Below, piece after piece: positions 1 through 10,482 of a stretch of 50,485 nt of DNA. Origin of the DNA: Candidatus Dormiibacterota bacterium (lineage in GTDB: Bacteria; Chloroflexota; Dormibacteria; CF-121); NCBI GenBank assembly GCA_035947855.1, contig DASZJR010000039.1, positions 1-50,485 of the forward strand, read 5' to 3'. Numbering within the stretch: position 1 is the stretch's first letter; every line of letters starts with the position of its first letter. A program made the translations under genes and the position numbers. The notes under the pieces were generated by a model, which saw only the letters and a program-made list of their open reading frames with translations, did not search any database and was not told the DNA's origin.

Positions 1-143
1 TCGACGATCGTGTGCTCACCCTGCTTGATGCTGATCCGCCGGACATTTCCTTCCTTCAGCAGCCGCTTGAATTCAGCGAGCAGGCGGTCACCGTCGATCT
101 TGAACTGCTCGGTCCGCGTCTTCTCTTGCGTTTGCGTTGTCAT
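1..143 (-). CDS. DUF4342-like protein, N-terminal part only (gene runs off the left window edge)
   Basis: Minus-strand ATG at 141-143 with AGGAGG (complement of 149-154) upstream. Translation is MTTQTQEKTRTEQFKIDGDRLLAEFKRLLKEGNVRRISIKQGEHTIV. The EGNVRRI core is typical of DUF4342. It is absent from the ORF track because the window edge truncates it. Confidence 0.55.
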   Translation of the reverse strand, partial: MTTQTQEKTRTEQFKIDGDRLLAEFKRLLKEGNVRRISIKQGEHTIV

Positions 144-176
144 GACATCCTCCTTAGGACAAGTCGTCTGATTGAA

Positions 177-203
177 ACGGGCGACGCTGCGAGCGTCGCC
201 CGT
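177..203 (-). terminator. Perfect 12-bp hairpin downstream of the alcohol dehydrogenase gene
   Basis: ACGGGCGACGCT-GCG-AGCGTCGCCCGT lies between the ADH stop (224-226) and the next gene start (143). The U-tract on the minus strand is only short. Confidence 0.45.
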
Positions 204-223
204 TCTTGATTTTCGCGATCTGG

Positions 224-1318
224 CTAGCGGGCCCCGGCCGCGACCAGTTCCTTCTTCGCCGCTTGTGGCACGACAGCGTCGCGCTTCAGAGCGACTTTGA
301 GCGCGCCGGTTTCCGCCGCCGCCGCGAAGACATCGTAGGCTGCCACCGCATCACTCATCGCGAAGCGATGGGTCACGAACACGGTCGGATCCAGCCGCCC
401 GCCCTTGATCAGGTTTAGGAGCCGCGGAATGGTGTAGCTGTCGACGAGGCCCGTTGTGATCGTGACGTCCTTGATCCAGAGCTTCTCCAGGTGGAGGGTT
501 GCCGGATGTCCGTGAACGCCGACGTTCGCCACGTGGCCTCCCGGCTTGACCAGCTCGGTGCACAGCTCGAAGGTGGCCGGTACGCCGACCGCCTCGATCG
601 CGACATCGACGCCAAGACCGTCGGTCATGGCCATCACCTGCGCGACCGTATCGCCGGTGGTGTTGTTGATCGTGACGTCCGCGCCGAATTCCCTGGCTTT
701 CTTGAGCCGCGTGTCCGCCAGATCGATGGCGATGATCTTCCCGGGAGAGAAAAGGCGGGCGGTCAGAATGACCGACAGACCGATCGGGCCGGCACCGACC
801 ACCGCGATCGTATCGCCGGGTGATACCTTGCCGTTCAGCACGCCAACTTCGAACGAGGTCGGCAAGATGTCGGAGAGGAACAGGACCTGCTCATCGGTCA
901 GGCCCGCGGGGATCTTGTAGACAGACGTATCCGCGAACGGGACGCGCACGTAGTCGGCCTGTGTCCCGTCGATCGTGTGTCCGAAGATCCATCCCCCGCC
1001 GCCGGTGCAGGCGCCGTAACGCCCCTGCTTGCAGTACGCGCAGCGGCCGCAGGAGCTGATGCAGGACAGCAGCACGTGGTCGCCGATCTGCACCGTGGTG
1101 ACTGCCGATCCGACCTCGACGATGGTCCCGACGGCCTCGTGCCCCAGGATCGTGCCGCGCTTGGTCTCGGGGACGTCTCCCTTCAAGATATGCAGGTCAG
1201 TGCCGCAGATGGTCGTTAAATCGATGCTGACGATCGCATCGGTCGGCTGTTGAATCGCAGGGTCGGGCACCTTGTCCCAACTCATTTTTCCGGGTCCGTG
1301 ATATACGAGAGCGTTCAT
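224..1318 (-). CDS. Zn-dependent alcohol dehydrogenase (MDR superfamily)
   Basis: 364-aa ORF with the GHEAVG catalytic-Zn motif, a structural-Zn Cys cluster (CISSCGRCAYC) and the GAGPIG Rossmann motif. Confidence 0.9.
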   Translation of the reverse strand: MNALVYHGPGKMSWDKVPDPAIQQPTDAIVSIDLTTICGTDLHILKGDVPETKRGTILGHEAVGTIVEVGSAVTTVQIGDHVLLSCISSCGRCAYCKQGRYGACTGGGGWIFGHTIDGTQADYVRVPFADTSVYKIPAGLTDEQVLFLSDILPTSFEVGVLNGKVSPGDTIAVVGAGPIGLSVILTARLFSPGKIIAIDLADTRLKKAREFGADVTINNTTGDTVAQVMAMTDGLGVDVAIEAVGVPATFELCTELVKPGGHVANVGVHGHPATLHLEKLWIKDVTITTGLVDSYTIPRLLNLIKGGRLDPTVFVTHRFAMSDAVAAYDVFAAAAETGALKVALKRDAVVPQAAKKELVAAGAR

Positions 1319-1378
1319 TTGATTGCCTCCTTGTGGCGAATCAGTCGATGTTGTTGAGATGGCGGATGTAGGAATACT

Positions 1379-2056
1379 TCATCTGAGCGGTTCTGTATGC
1401 CGGACGAGATAGGCAGCGGCTTCGGCGCGGCGCGCCACCTCCAGCTTGGAGAGGATGCTCGACACGTAGTTCTTGACGGTCTTTTCGGCGAGCTTCAAGT
1501 CGGCGCCGATCTGCCGGTTCGTCTTGCCGTCCGCGACCTCGCCGAGGATCCGCTCCTCTTGAGCCGAGAGCCGGGCAAGCCGCTCATCCCCGAGCAGATG
1601 CTTGCCCTTCCGAAGGCGGTCGAGAACGCCTTTGGTGACCGTGGGATCGAGGAGGTTCTGACCGGCGCCGACGGCCCGAATGGCGCGCACCAGGTCGCCT
1701 CCAAGTACCTGCTTGAGGACGTATCCGGCAGCCCCAGCCATGATCGAAGCGAACAGCGCCTCGTCGTCGGCAAAGGTGGTCAGCATGAGCACCTGGGTGT
1801 TGGGGAGGCGAGCGCGAATCTCCCGGGTGGCGTCGATCCCGCTCCCGTCAGGAAGCCGGATATCCATCACCACGACATCGGGTCGTGCCCACTCCACCCG
1901 CTCGATGGCCTCTCGAACCCCGCCCGCCTCGCCGGCGATGGTCAGGCCTTCTTCTTCCGCGAGCAGGGCCTTGATCCCGTCGCGGACAACCTCGTGGTCG
2001 TCGACGATCATGATCCGCAGCGGTATACGCGTGTAGGGGCCGACATGCGCCTGCAT
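1379..2056 (-). CDS. devR: NarL/LuxR-family response regulator, DevR/DosR-like
   Basis: REC domain (DDHEVV, VVVMDIRLPDGSG) plus a LuxR HTH. The recognition helix LAEKTVKNYVSSILSKL is almost identical to M. tuberculosis DosR AEKTVKNYVSRLLAKL as I recall it. The gene lies directly downstream of the DevS-like kinase. Confidence 0.85.
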   Translation of the reverse strand: MQAHVGPYTRIPLRIMIVDDHEVVRDGIKALLAEEEGLTIAGEAGGVREAIERVEWARPDVVVMDIRLPDGSGIDATREIRARLPNTQVLMLTTFADDEALFASIMAGAAGYVLKQVLGGDLVRAIRAVGAGQNLLDPTVTKGVLDRLRKGKHLLGDERLARLSAQEERILGEVADGKTNRQIGADLKLAEKTVKNYVSSILSKLEVARRAEAAAYLVRHTEPLR

Positions 2057-2094
2057 AACGAGTTCAGCTTGGCCTGCGAGGGCGATTCCAATCA

Positions 2095-2108
2095 GGGCCC
2101 AAGGTCCC
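2095..2108. promoter_or_regulatory. DosR-box-like palindrome GGGCCCAAGGTCCC upstream of the regulator gene
   Basis: One mismatch to GGGAC-N4-GTCCC. It lies in the 76-nt kinase/regulator gap, 38 nt from the regulator ATG (2056). An extra GGGAC half-site is at 2118-2122. Confidence 0.45.
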
Positions 2109-2132
2109 GAGATCAGCGGGACGTTAGAGACG

Positions 2133-3755
2133 CTAGATGGGAACCGCGAACTGAACCGTCGTGCCCTCGCCGGCCTTGCTCTCGACCGTCACCCGCCCGC
2201 CGATGGCGAGCGCTCGGTCGTTGAGATTCCGCAGGCCCAGGCCAGTTTGCGGCGCCGCCGAGTCGAACCCCTGTCCGTCGTCGTCGATTTCGAGGACGGC
2301 CCGGTCGCCATCTCGATGGAGGCTGACCCGACAGGTCGTCGCCCGCGCATGCTTGCCGACATTGGAAAGGGCCTCACGCGTGAGCTGCACCAGGTCGGCC
2401 GCACGCGGCGCGAGCTGCGCCGCAACCGTTCCGTCGATGTCCGTTACGGTGGTGACGCCGCTCTTCTCTTCAAACTCTCGGGCCAGGTCCTCGAGGGCCT
2501 GCTCGAGCTGGCGATCAGCGAGGATTCCGGGGCGAAGGCCAAAGATGTAGTTGCGCAGATCCCGGATGGCGCGGTCGATCTCGCCGACGGCGGATTCGAG
2601 CCGTGATTCCACTTCGGGATCGCGGCTGCGGGTCGCGGTCGCCTGCAAACCCATCCCCACGGAGAACAGCGACTGGATGACGCCGTCGTGGAGTTCGCGG
2701 CCAATGCGCTCGCGCTCGTCGAGCACCTGGAGACGGCTCAACTCGCCCTGGGCGCGACCATACTCGAGGGCCACGGAGGCCTGGTCGGCAAAGGTCTGGA
2801 CGAGCCGCACCGCCTCCTCGTCGAAGCCGGCCCCGCCGACAGGATTGGCCACCGTTAACGTGCCGAAGGGGCGGCCTCGCAGGACCAGGGGGACGAGCAC
2901 CATCGGTCCCATGTTCCCGAGGGCGATCATCGGCTGATATGTCCGCCCGTCCCGGGAGGCATCGGCAAGAACAGCCGGCTGGCCGCTTCGGATCACGTCA
3001 CCGGAGACTGACCCCTCTAGCGGAACCGGCAAGCCTGCCAGCTCTTCGGCGTGCGCCCCGTCGGCCACCCGGATCGTGAGGCGCTTCGTCCCGTCGCCTG
3101 ACGCAGGCGTCACTATGGTCGACGTGGCCGCACCAACCAACTCACGCGCGCGGCGCACGACGATCTGGAGAACGCGGTCATCTTCCGCCCCCGCCAGAAT
3201 CGATGAGCTGATCTCGCGAACCGCGTCCAGCCACTGGCCCCGGCGCCTGGTCTCCTCGTAGAGCCGCGCACTCTCGATGGCGACCCCGGCATGCGTCGCA
3301 AGGACGAGGAGCGCGGCTTCGTCCTCGGCATCGAATTCCGGCGCCCCCTGTTTCTCGGTGAGGTAGATGTTGCCGAAGACCCTGCCACGCGCCATCACGG
3401 GCGCGCCGAGGAACGACTCCATCGGCGGATGGTTAGGTGGGAAGCCAACGTGGCGCGGATCGTGCGAGATGCGGAGCAGGCGCAGGGGCTTCGCATCCTT
3501 GATCAGGACGCCCAGGATCCCATCCCCGACCGGGAGGGGTCCGATTGCCTGACGTTCGGCAGGCGTGATGCCGGTGGTAATGAAGTCCAGCAGTCGGCCG
3601 TCTGAACCGACCACTCCCAATGCCCCGTATCGCGCGTCGGTCAATTTGACTGCCAGCTCGATAATCCGTTGCAGCACGACTTGAAGCGACAGGTCCGACG
3701 CGAGTACGAGGACGGACTCGAGCAGCTGGTCGTTTCGATCCTTGCTGGATCTCAT
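2133..3755 (-). CDS. devS: Sensor histidine kinase with two GAF domains, a HisKA_3 domain and a HATPase domain; DevS/DosS/DosT-like
   Basis: 540-aa ORF. GAF-A is strongly DevS-like (DARYGALGV, KPLRL, GFPPNHPPMESFLGAPV, FGNIYLTEK). H-box is RIGRELHDGVIQSLF. The C-terminal ATPase region contains GLGLRNL. Confidence 0.88.
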   Translation of the reverse strand: MRSSKDRNDQLLESVLVLASDLSLQVVLQRIIELAVKLTDARYGALGVVGSDGRLLDFITTGITPAERQAIGPLPVGDGILGVLIKDAKPLRLLRISHDPRHVGFPPNHPPMESFLGAPVMARGRVFGNIYLTEKQGAPEFDAEDEAALLVLATHAGVAIESARLYEETRRRGQWLDAVREISSSILAGAEDDRVLQIVVRRARELVGAATSTIVTPASGDGTKRLTIRVADGAHAEELAGLPVPLEGSVSGDVIRSGQPAVLADASRDGRTYQPMIALGNMGPMVLVPLVLRGRPFGTLTVANPVGGAGFDEEAVRLVQTFADQASVALEYGRAQGELSRLQVLDERERIGRELHDGVIQSLFSVGMGLQATATRSRDPEVESRLESAVGEIDRAIRDLRNYIFGLRPGILADRQLEQALEDLAREFEEKSGVTTVTDIDGTVAAQLAPRAADLVQLTREALSNVGKHARATTCRVSLHRDGDRAVLEIDDDGQGFDSAAPQTGLGLRNLNDRALAIGGRVTVESKAGEGTTVQFAVPI

Positions 3756-3808
3756 TCAGGTATGTGCACCATTCGGTTTGAACCCGGCATCCTCGTCCTG
3801 AAGCAACA

Positions 3809-3822
3809 GGGACCTATGTCCG
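3809..3822. promoter_or_regulatory. DosR-box-like palindrome GGGACCTATGTCCG in the divergent kinase / SRPBCC-like intergenic region
   Basis: One mismatch to GGGAC-N4-GTCCC. It is 53 nt from the kinase ATG (3755) and 35 nt before ATG 3858. Confidence 0.45.
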
Positions 3823-3857
3823 GTGTGTCGCCGTCCGGAGTTGCCCAGACTCATGAT

Positions 3858-4352
3858 ATGGAGTTCTTCCTACGCTACTTCGTTGAGTTGGAGCTGCCGG
3901 TCAGCGCGGTCGGGACGGCCCTTGACGCGCTTCCGGCGGAATGGCTCGCCGGGGTGGCCAACAAGGCCCATGCCCGATCGCTCCGCCTGATGCTGGAGGC
4001 CGATCCGCTCGTGGGCGCTAACCCGACGGGCGCGGTAGTGGTATTCGGTATGAAGCCGGCTATTCACCAGGGATCCACCAGCATCCGCACCATGGCCTGG
4101 GCGCTCGTCGGACCGCAGACGGCAAGGCCCCTACTGGAAGCCGACCTGGAGGTCGGCTCGCTGGGTCGCGGCCGTAGTCAGCTGGCGGTCGCCGGCCGCT
4201 TCTACTGGCCCGGCTCGATGACGAACCGGCATATCGACCGGGGTACGGCGCACCAAATCGGTGAAGCGACCATCAAAGGGTTCGTGGACGGCCTGGCGCG
4301 CCTGGTCGGTACGCCTGTCCTTTGGGAATCGCCGGCGCCGGCAGTTGCCTAG
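3858..4352 (+). CDS. Hypothetical protein, SRPBCC/START-like by pattern; paralogue of 9966..10370
   Basis: The ORF is open from 3669, but earlier starts overlap the kinase gene (3669) or fall inside the palindrome (3816). MEFFLRYFVELELPVSAV and the C-terminal LEADLEVGSLG...GEATIKGFVDGLARLV align with the second copy. Confidence 0.6.
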   Translation: MEFFLRYFVELELPVSAVGTALDALPAEWLAGVANKAHARSLRLMLEADPLVGANPTGAVVVFGMKPAIHQGSTSIRTMAWALVGPQTARPLLEADLEVGSLGRGRSQLAVAGRFYWPGSMTNRHIDRGTAHQIGEATIKGFVDGLARLVGTPVLWESPAPAVA

Positions 4353-7057
4353 CGCGCCCCGATCGGTCGTCTCGGGACCGGCATTTCGATGCGAACCCGC
4401 GCGTCGACGACGATCGCACCGTGCTGGCCGACCATGACCGGATTGCAGTCGAGCTCGGCGATTTCTGCGTAACCCTCCACCATGGCACTGATTCGCAACA
4501 TCACCTCCTCCAAGGCGGCGACGTCCGCCTTGGGAGCGCCGCGATAGCCGTCGAGCAATGGGAAGGTTTTAAGCGACCGCACCATCTCGTCCGCGTCCAG
4601 GTCAGACAGGGGGGTGATCCGGACGGCAATGTCCTTGAGGAGCTCTGCCGACGTGCCGCCCGCTCCGCAGGCCAGGACCGGCCCAAACAGGCGGTCGTGG
4701 ACGACGCCGACCAACATCTCGACGCCATCGCTGACCATCGTTTGCACCTGGAACCCCGAAAGCTCGTGGCCGCCCCGGGCAACTCGCATCGTCATCTCGC
4801 GGGCGGCATCCTCGATGTTGTCGACGGTCAATCCAAGGCGGACGCCCCCGGCGTCGGACTTGTGAAGCAGCGTTGGGGCCATGGCCTTGAGCGCCACCCG
4901 TCCGCCCAACTCGCCCGCGGCTTCCCGGGCCCGCGCCGGCGTCCCTGCAAAACGCGTCGACGCAAGCGGGATCCCATAGCAGCCCAGCAACTGCTGCGTC
5001 TCCTCTCCCGTTAGCCAGCGAGCCCCGGTGGCCAGAACCGACGAGATGATCCCGGCAGCCTCGTCGGGCCGGGCATTGGGGAAATCGCGAACCGTTCCCT
5101 CGGGTCGATGACGCCACTCGCCATAGACGGCCGACCGGGCCAGGGCGCGCGCCGCGTCTTCGGGGAACTGAAAGGAGGGGATGCTGACTTTTTTGCTCTT
5201 GAGTTCGTCGGGCACGCCGTGCGCCGACATGAATACGCTCACGAGCGGAATGGGTCGTGGCAACATCTCTGCCGCGTCCCGAATCGCGCGCGCCACGTCG
5301 CTCGGCTGCGTGATGAGTGGCGGGATGAAGATGACGACGATCGCGTCGATGCTGTCCGACGCCGCAACCGTCAGGATCACCCGCCGGTAGTCGTCGGCCG
5401 AGGCGGCGGCGATCATGTCGATCGGATTGCGGATCGAGGCCTGCGGAGGAAGGAATTGCCGAAGTCGCGCGGTAACGTCGTCGGGAAGGGGAGGCACGAT
5501 GAGGCCCTCTGCTTCGCAGGTATCCGCGCACAGAATGCCCGGACCGCCGCCGTTCGTGATGATCGCCACGCGCCTGCCCACCGGAGCCGGTTGGCTCGAC
5601 ATCAGCGCGGCGACGTCGAAGAGTTCAGCCAGCGTATCCGTCCGGATGACGCCCGCCTGGCGGAAGAGGGCGTCGACGGTGGCGTCCGAGGCCGAGAGCA
5701 GCGCGCCGGTATGTGACGACGTCGCTCGGGCACCGGCGGCGGAGCGTCCACTTTTGACAGCGATGATGGGCTTGGTCCGCGCCACGCGCCGGGCAATCCG
5801 CGCGAACTTGCGCGGATTCCCAAACGATTCGAGATAGAGCAGCACCAGGTCGGTGTGCGGATCGGTCTCCGCGTACTGGAGCACGTCGTTGCCGGAAAGG
5901 TCGGCCTTGTTCCCCGCCGAGATGAACCACGACAGGCCAAGGCCGAGCGTCGTAGCGTAGTCGATGACTGCCAGCCCGAGGGCGCCGCTTTGCGACATGA
6001 AGCCGACGCGGCCGCGCGGTGGCGTCGCCGGGCCGAACGTGGCATTCATCGAAACATCGGGCGCCGTGTTGATCACGCCCATGCAGTTGGGCCCGACCAG
6101 TCGCATGCCGGTTTCCCGGCAGACCGCGACCAGGTCGGCCTGCCGGCTGGCGCCCTCATCGCCTGACTCGGCGAATCCGGAGGAGATCACGACCAGGCTC
6201 CTGACGCCCTTCTTCGCGCACTGGCGTGCGGCCTCCACCACGCCGACGGCGGGCACCGCAATCACGGCCAGGCCGACGGGCCCCGGGATATCGAGCACCG
6301 TCGGATACGCCACCACCGACTGGACGACGCGAGCGGAGGGATTGACGGGATAGGCCGGGCCGTTGAAACCGTTCGCTAGCAGGTTGTGGAAGAGCTCCGC
6401 GCCGATCGTTCCTCGCGTGCGCGACGCGCCGATGACCGCAACCGACCCTGGCACGAGCACATGTTCCAGGGCCGCCATCGCCGCCATCTGCTCTCGCCGC
6501 GCGAAGCGTTCGATCGCCTCCGGGTGAAGCGAGGTAGGGAACTCCACGTCGATAACGCCGGCCGAGGCATGGGTCGAAACCTTGAAGCCGCTCTCGCGGA
6601 ATACCCCGACCATGCGATGGTTCTGCGACAGGACGGAGGCATCGAACGTGGTGATGCCCACCGCGTGAGCGATTTCGGCCAGCTGCCCGAGGAGGATGGT
6701 CGAAATCCCGCGTCCCTGGAATGTGTCAGCCACGGCGAACGCGACCTCCGCCCGGTCTCCGTCGCCGCGGACATAGCCCGCCTGGGCGACGATGGTGGGC
6801 ACGGCACCGACGAGGGCCACCAGGTTGCATCGCTCGTGGAGCTCGGAGTTAGCTGCCCGGTGAGCCGCTTCCGCTAGGTTCGGCGCGCCGGAGAAGAAGC
6901 GAAAATACCGTGACTCATCTGACAGCCCGCCGAGAAACGCGAGGATGGCCGGCTCGTCGCCAGCTCGCGTCGGCCGCACCCGAACGGTCGACCCGTCGCG
7001 CAAGACGACGTCCGTCTCCAACGCCGGCGCGCCGGCCGCGCCCGTGACCTGGCTCAC
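4349..7057 (-). CDS. Bifunctional GNAT acetyltransferase / NDP-forming acyl-CoA synthetase-family protein (Pat-like, reversed domain order)
   Basis: 902 aa. N-terminal GNAT domain (VVLRDGSTVRVRP, FQGRGIST), then a CoA-binding domain (VAVIGASR, VGPNCMGV), a succinyl-CoA-synthetase-like domain and a C-terminal ATP-grasp domain. GTG start. Confidence 0.85.
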   Translation of the reverse strand: MSQVTGAAGAPALETDVVLRDGSTVRVRPTRAGDEPAILAFLGGLSDESRYFRFFSGAPNLAEAAHRAANSELHERCNLVALVGAVPTIVAQAGYVRGDGDRAEVAFAVADTFQGRGISTILLGQLAEIAHAVGITTFDASVLSQNHRMVGVFRESGFKVSTHASAGVIDVEFPTSLHPEAIERFARREQMAAMAALEHVLVPGSVAVIGASRTRGTIGAELFHNLLANGFNGPAYPVNPSARVVQSVVAYPTVLDIPGPVGLAVIAVPAVGVVEAARQCAKKGVRSLVVISSGFAESGDEGASRQADLVAVCRETGMRLVGPNCMGVINTAPDVSMNATFGPATPPRGRVGFMSQSGALGLAVIDYATTLGLGLSWFISAGNKADLSGNDVLQYAETDPHTDLVLLYLESFGNPRKFARIARRVARTKPIIAVKSGRSAAGARATSSHTGALLSASDATVDALFRQAGVIRTDTLAELFDVAALMSSQPAPVGRRVAIITNGGGPGILCADTCEAEGLIVPPLPDDVTARLRQFLPPQASIRNPIDMIAAASADDYRRVILTVAASDSIDAIVVIFIPPLITQPSDVARAIRDAAEMLPRPIPLVSVFMSAHGVPDELKSKKVSIPSFQFPEDAARALARSAVYGEWRHRPEGTVRDFPNARPDEAAGIISSVLATGARWLTGEETQQLLGCYGIPLASTRFAGTPARAREAAGELGGRVALKAMAPTLLHKSDAGGVRLGLTVDNIEDAAREMTMRVARGGHELSGFQVQTMVSDGVEMLVGVVHDRLFGPVLACGAGGTSAELLKDIAVRITPLSDLDADEMVRSLKTFPLLDGYRGAPKADVAALEEVMLRISAMVEGYAEIAELDCNPVMVGQHGAIVVDARVRIEMPVPRRPIGAR

Positions 7058-7174
7058 GTCATGAATGCTAGGCGCCCGAAGCGCGTCTCGGGCCCGCTAA
7101 AGAGGCGGGGGTCCCGGTCCGATCGGGCCTATGTGCCCTATGTGCTCGATCAGTTACGCGGCTATCGTCGTGGC

Positions 7175-9127
<1,953 letters not shown>

Positions 9128-9129
9128 AC

Positions 9130-9789
9130 TCAGGCGCCCGGCGTCGTAGTGTGTCGCGTCAGGTAGGCGGCGGCTTCGGCCCGGCGGGCGACCTCGAGCT
9201 TGGAGAGGATGCTGGTCACGTAGTTCTTGACCGTCTTCTCGGCCAGGTGCAGTTTGTCTCCGATCTCGCGGTTCGTCTTTCCCTGGGCGATCATCTCGAG
9301 GATGCGCTCTTCCTGGGCCGAAAGGCGGGCCAGCCGTTCGTCCTTGAGCAGATGTTTGCCCCTTCGTAGCCGATCGAGCAGACCCTTGGTGACGGCGGGA
9401 TCGAGCAAACTCTCGCCACGCCCGACCGTCTGGACGGCCCGGACCAGGTCGGCGCCCTTGATCTGCTTCAGGACATAGCCGGCGGCGCCGGCCATGATCG
9501 AGGCGAAGAGCGCCTCGTCGTCCGAAAAGGTGGTCAACATCAGGACCTGGGTGTTCGGCAGACGCGCCCGGATCTCTCGCGTGGCCTCGATCCCGCTGCC
9601 GTCCGGCAGGCGGACGTCCATGATGACGACGTCGGGCCGAGCCCACACGGCACGTTCGATAGCGTCCTTGACGCTGCCCGCTTCGCCGACGACGCTCACA
9701 TCCGGAGTCTCTGCGAGGAGCGACTTGATGCCGTTGCGGACGACTTCATGGTCGTCGACGAGGACGACCCGAAGGGGAATGCCGCTCAC
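9130..9789 (-). CDS. NarL/LuxR-family response regulator, second DevR/DosR-like paralogue (no adjacent kinase)
   Basis: 219 aa. By eye roughly three quarters identical to 1379..2056, with the same AEKTVKNYV recognition helix. Confidence 0.88.
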   Translation of the reverse strand: MSGIPLRVVLVDDHEVVRNGIKSLLAETPDVSVVGEAGSVKDAIERAVWARPDVVIMDVRLPDGSGIEATREIRARLPNTQVLMLTTFSDDEALFASIMAGAAGYVLKQIKGADLVRAVQTVGRGESLLDPAVTKGLLDRLRRGKHLLKDERLARLSAQEERILEMIAQGKTNREIGDKLHLAEKTVKNYVTSILSKLEVARRAEAAAYLTRHTTTPGA

Positions 9790-9849
9790 GATCAGGCTAT
9801 CTTCGCAGAACGAGCGGAGCGAACCAAGATCACCGGTCCCGTTGCAGAA

Positions 9850-9863
9850 GGGACCATGGTCCC
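9850..9863. promoter_or_regulatory. Perfect DosR-box-like palindrome GGGACCATGGTCCC
   Basis: Exact GGGAC-N4-GTCCC, fully self-complementary. It lies in the divergent region between the second regulator (start 9789) and the second SRPBCC-like gene. Confidence 0.55.
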
Positions 9864-9965
9864 TATGGCTGGCGAAGCACTGGCTGTAGCGTCAATGCCA
9901 TCTTTATCAGGTACTACGTCGAACTGCCGCACCCACGCGCAGCCCTCGAGCAGGCGCTCCTCTCG

Positions 9966-10370
9966 GTGCCCGCGAGCGTGATTCCAAGCTTAGCCATCGT
10001 TGCCGACGACCGCGGCCAGCATCTCATGGCTGAGGTCGGCTTTGCCCTCGACGGCCATCGGGTTTCGAAGCACGTCGAGATCGAGATTGGAGAGCCATCC
10101 ATGGGTGCCGAGCGAACCTGGTTCCCGATCAGCTGGCGGGCGACCGGACCGACAGGACTCTTCCCCGTGCTCGACGCGGAACTAGAACTGGCTTCGCTGG
10201 GCCCTCACTTGACGCAACTTTCCATCAGTGCGCGCTACCAACCACCGCTCGGGTTGGTTGGGCGGACCATCGACAAGGCCTTGCTCTCCCGCGTCGCGGA
10301 AGCGACGATCAAGGACTTCATCGATCGGCTCGCCTCGGCCATCGAGGCCAGGATGACGCCGGCCGGCTGA
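9966..10370 (+). CDS. Hypothetical SRPBCC-like protein, paralogue of 3858..4352; start uncertain
   Basis: GTG 9966 is the first in-frame ATG/GTG/TTG. Homology to the paralogue (IFIRYYVELPHPRAALEQAL) extends upstream to about 9894 in the same frame with no canonical start. Confidence 0.5.
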   Translation: MPASVIPSLAIVADDRGQHLMAEVGFALDGHRVSKHVEIEIGEPSMGAERTWFPISWRATGPTGLFPVLDAELELASLGPHLTQLSISARYQPPLGLVGRTIDKALLSRVAEATIKDFIDRLASAIEARMTPAG

Positions 10371-10432
10371 CGCCCTGATCGACCGATTCTCGTAGAACCA
10401 CGGCTAACAGCACCATCCGTCCTCTCGATGTC

Positions 10433-10446
10433 GGGACCAGCGTCCC
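10433..10446. promoter_or_regulatory. Perfect-core DosR-box-like site GGGACCAGCGTCCC
   Basis: Exact GGGAC-N4-GTCCC, 36 nt before ATG 10483. Confidence 0.5.
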
Positions 10447-10482
10447 TATCTGTGCGGCCTGCACTGGCGCATCCTCGTTTGC

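Noticed and set aside
1265-1278. DosR-box near-matches inside coding sequence: 1265-1278 (GGGCACCTTGTCCC, in the ADH gene) and 12304-12317 (GGGAAGCCCGTCCC, in the hydroxylase gene).
   Set aside because: One- or two-mismatch hits are expected by chance at this base composition, and these are intragenic. I kept them as a caution against over-reading the imperfect intergenic boxes.
3669-3857. Longer versions of the SRPBCC-like ORF, starting at 3669, 3762 or 3816.
   Set aside because: 3669 overlaps the kinase coding region by 87 nt. 3816 lies inside the palindrome 3809-3822. The paralogue alignment begins at the Met encoded at 3858.
7061-7174. An N-terminal extension of the ATPase ORF, starting 3 nt from the divergent acetyltransferase start.
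   Set aside because: It leaves no promoter space, the extension is Arg-rich with no homology, and ATG 7175 follows a candidate operator.
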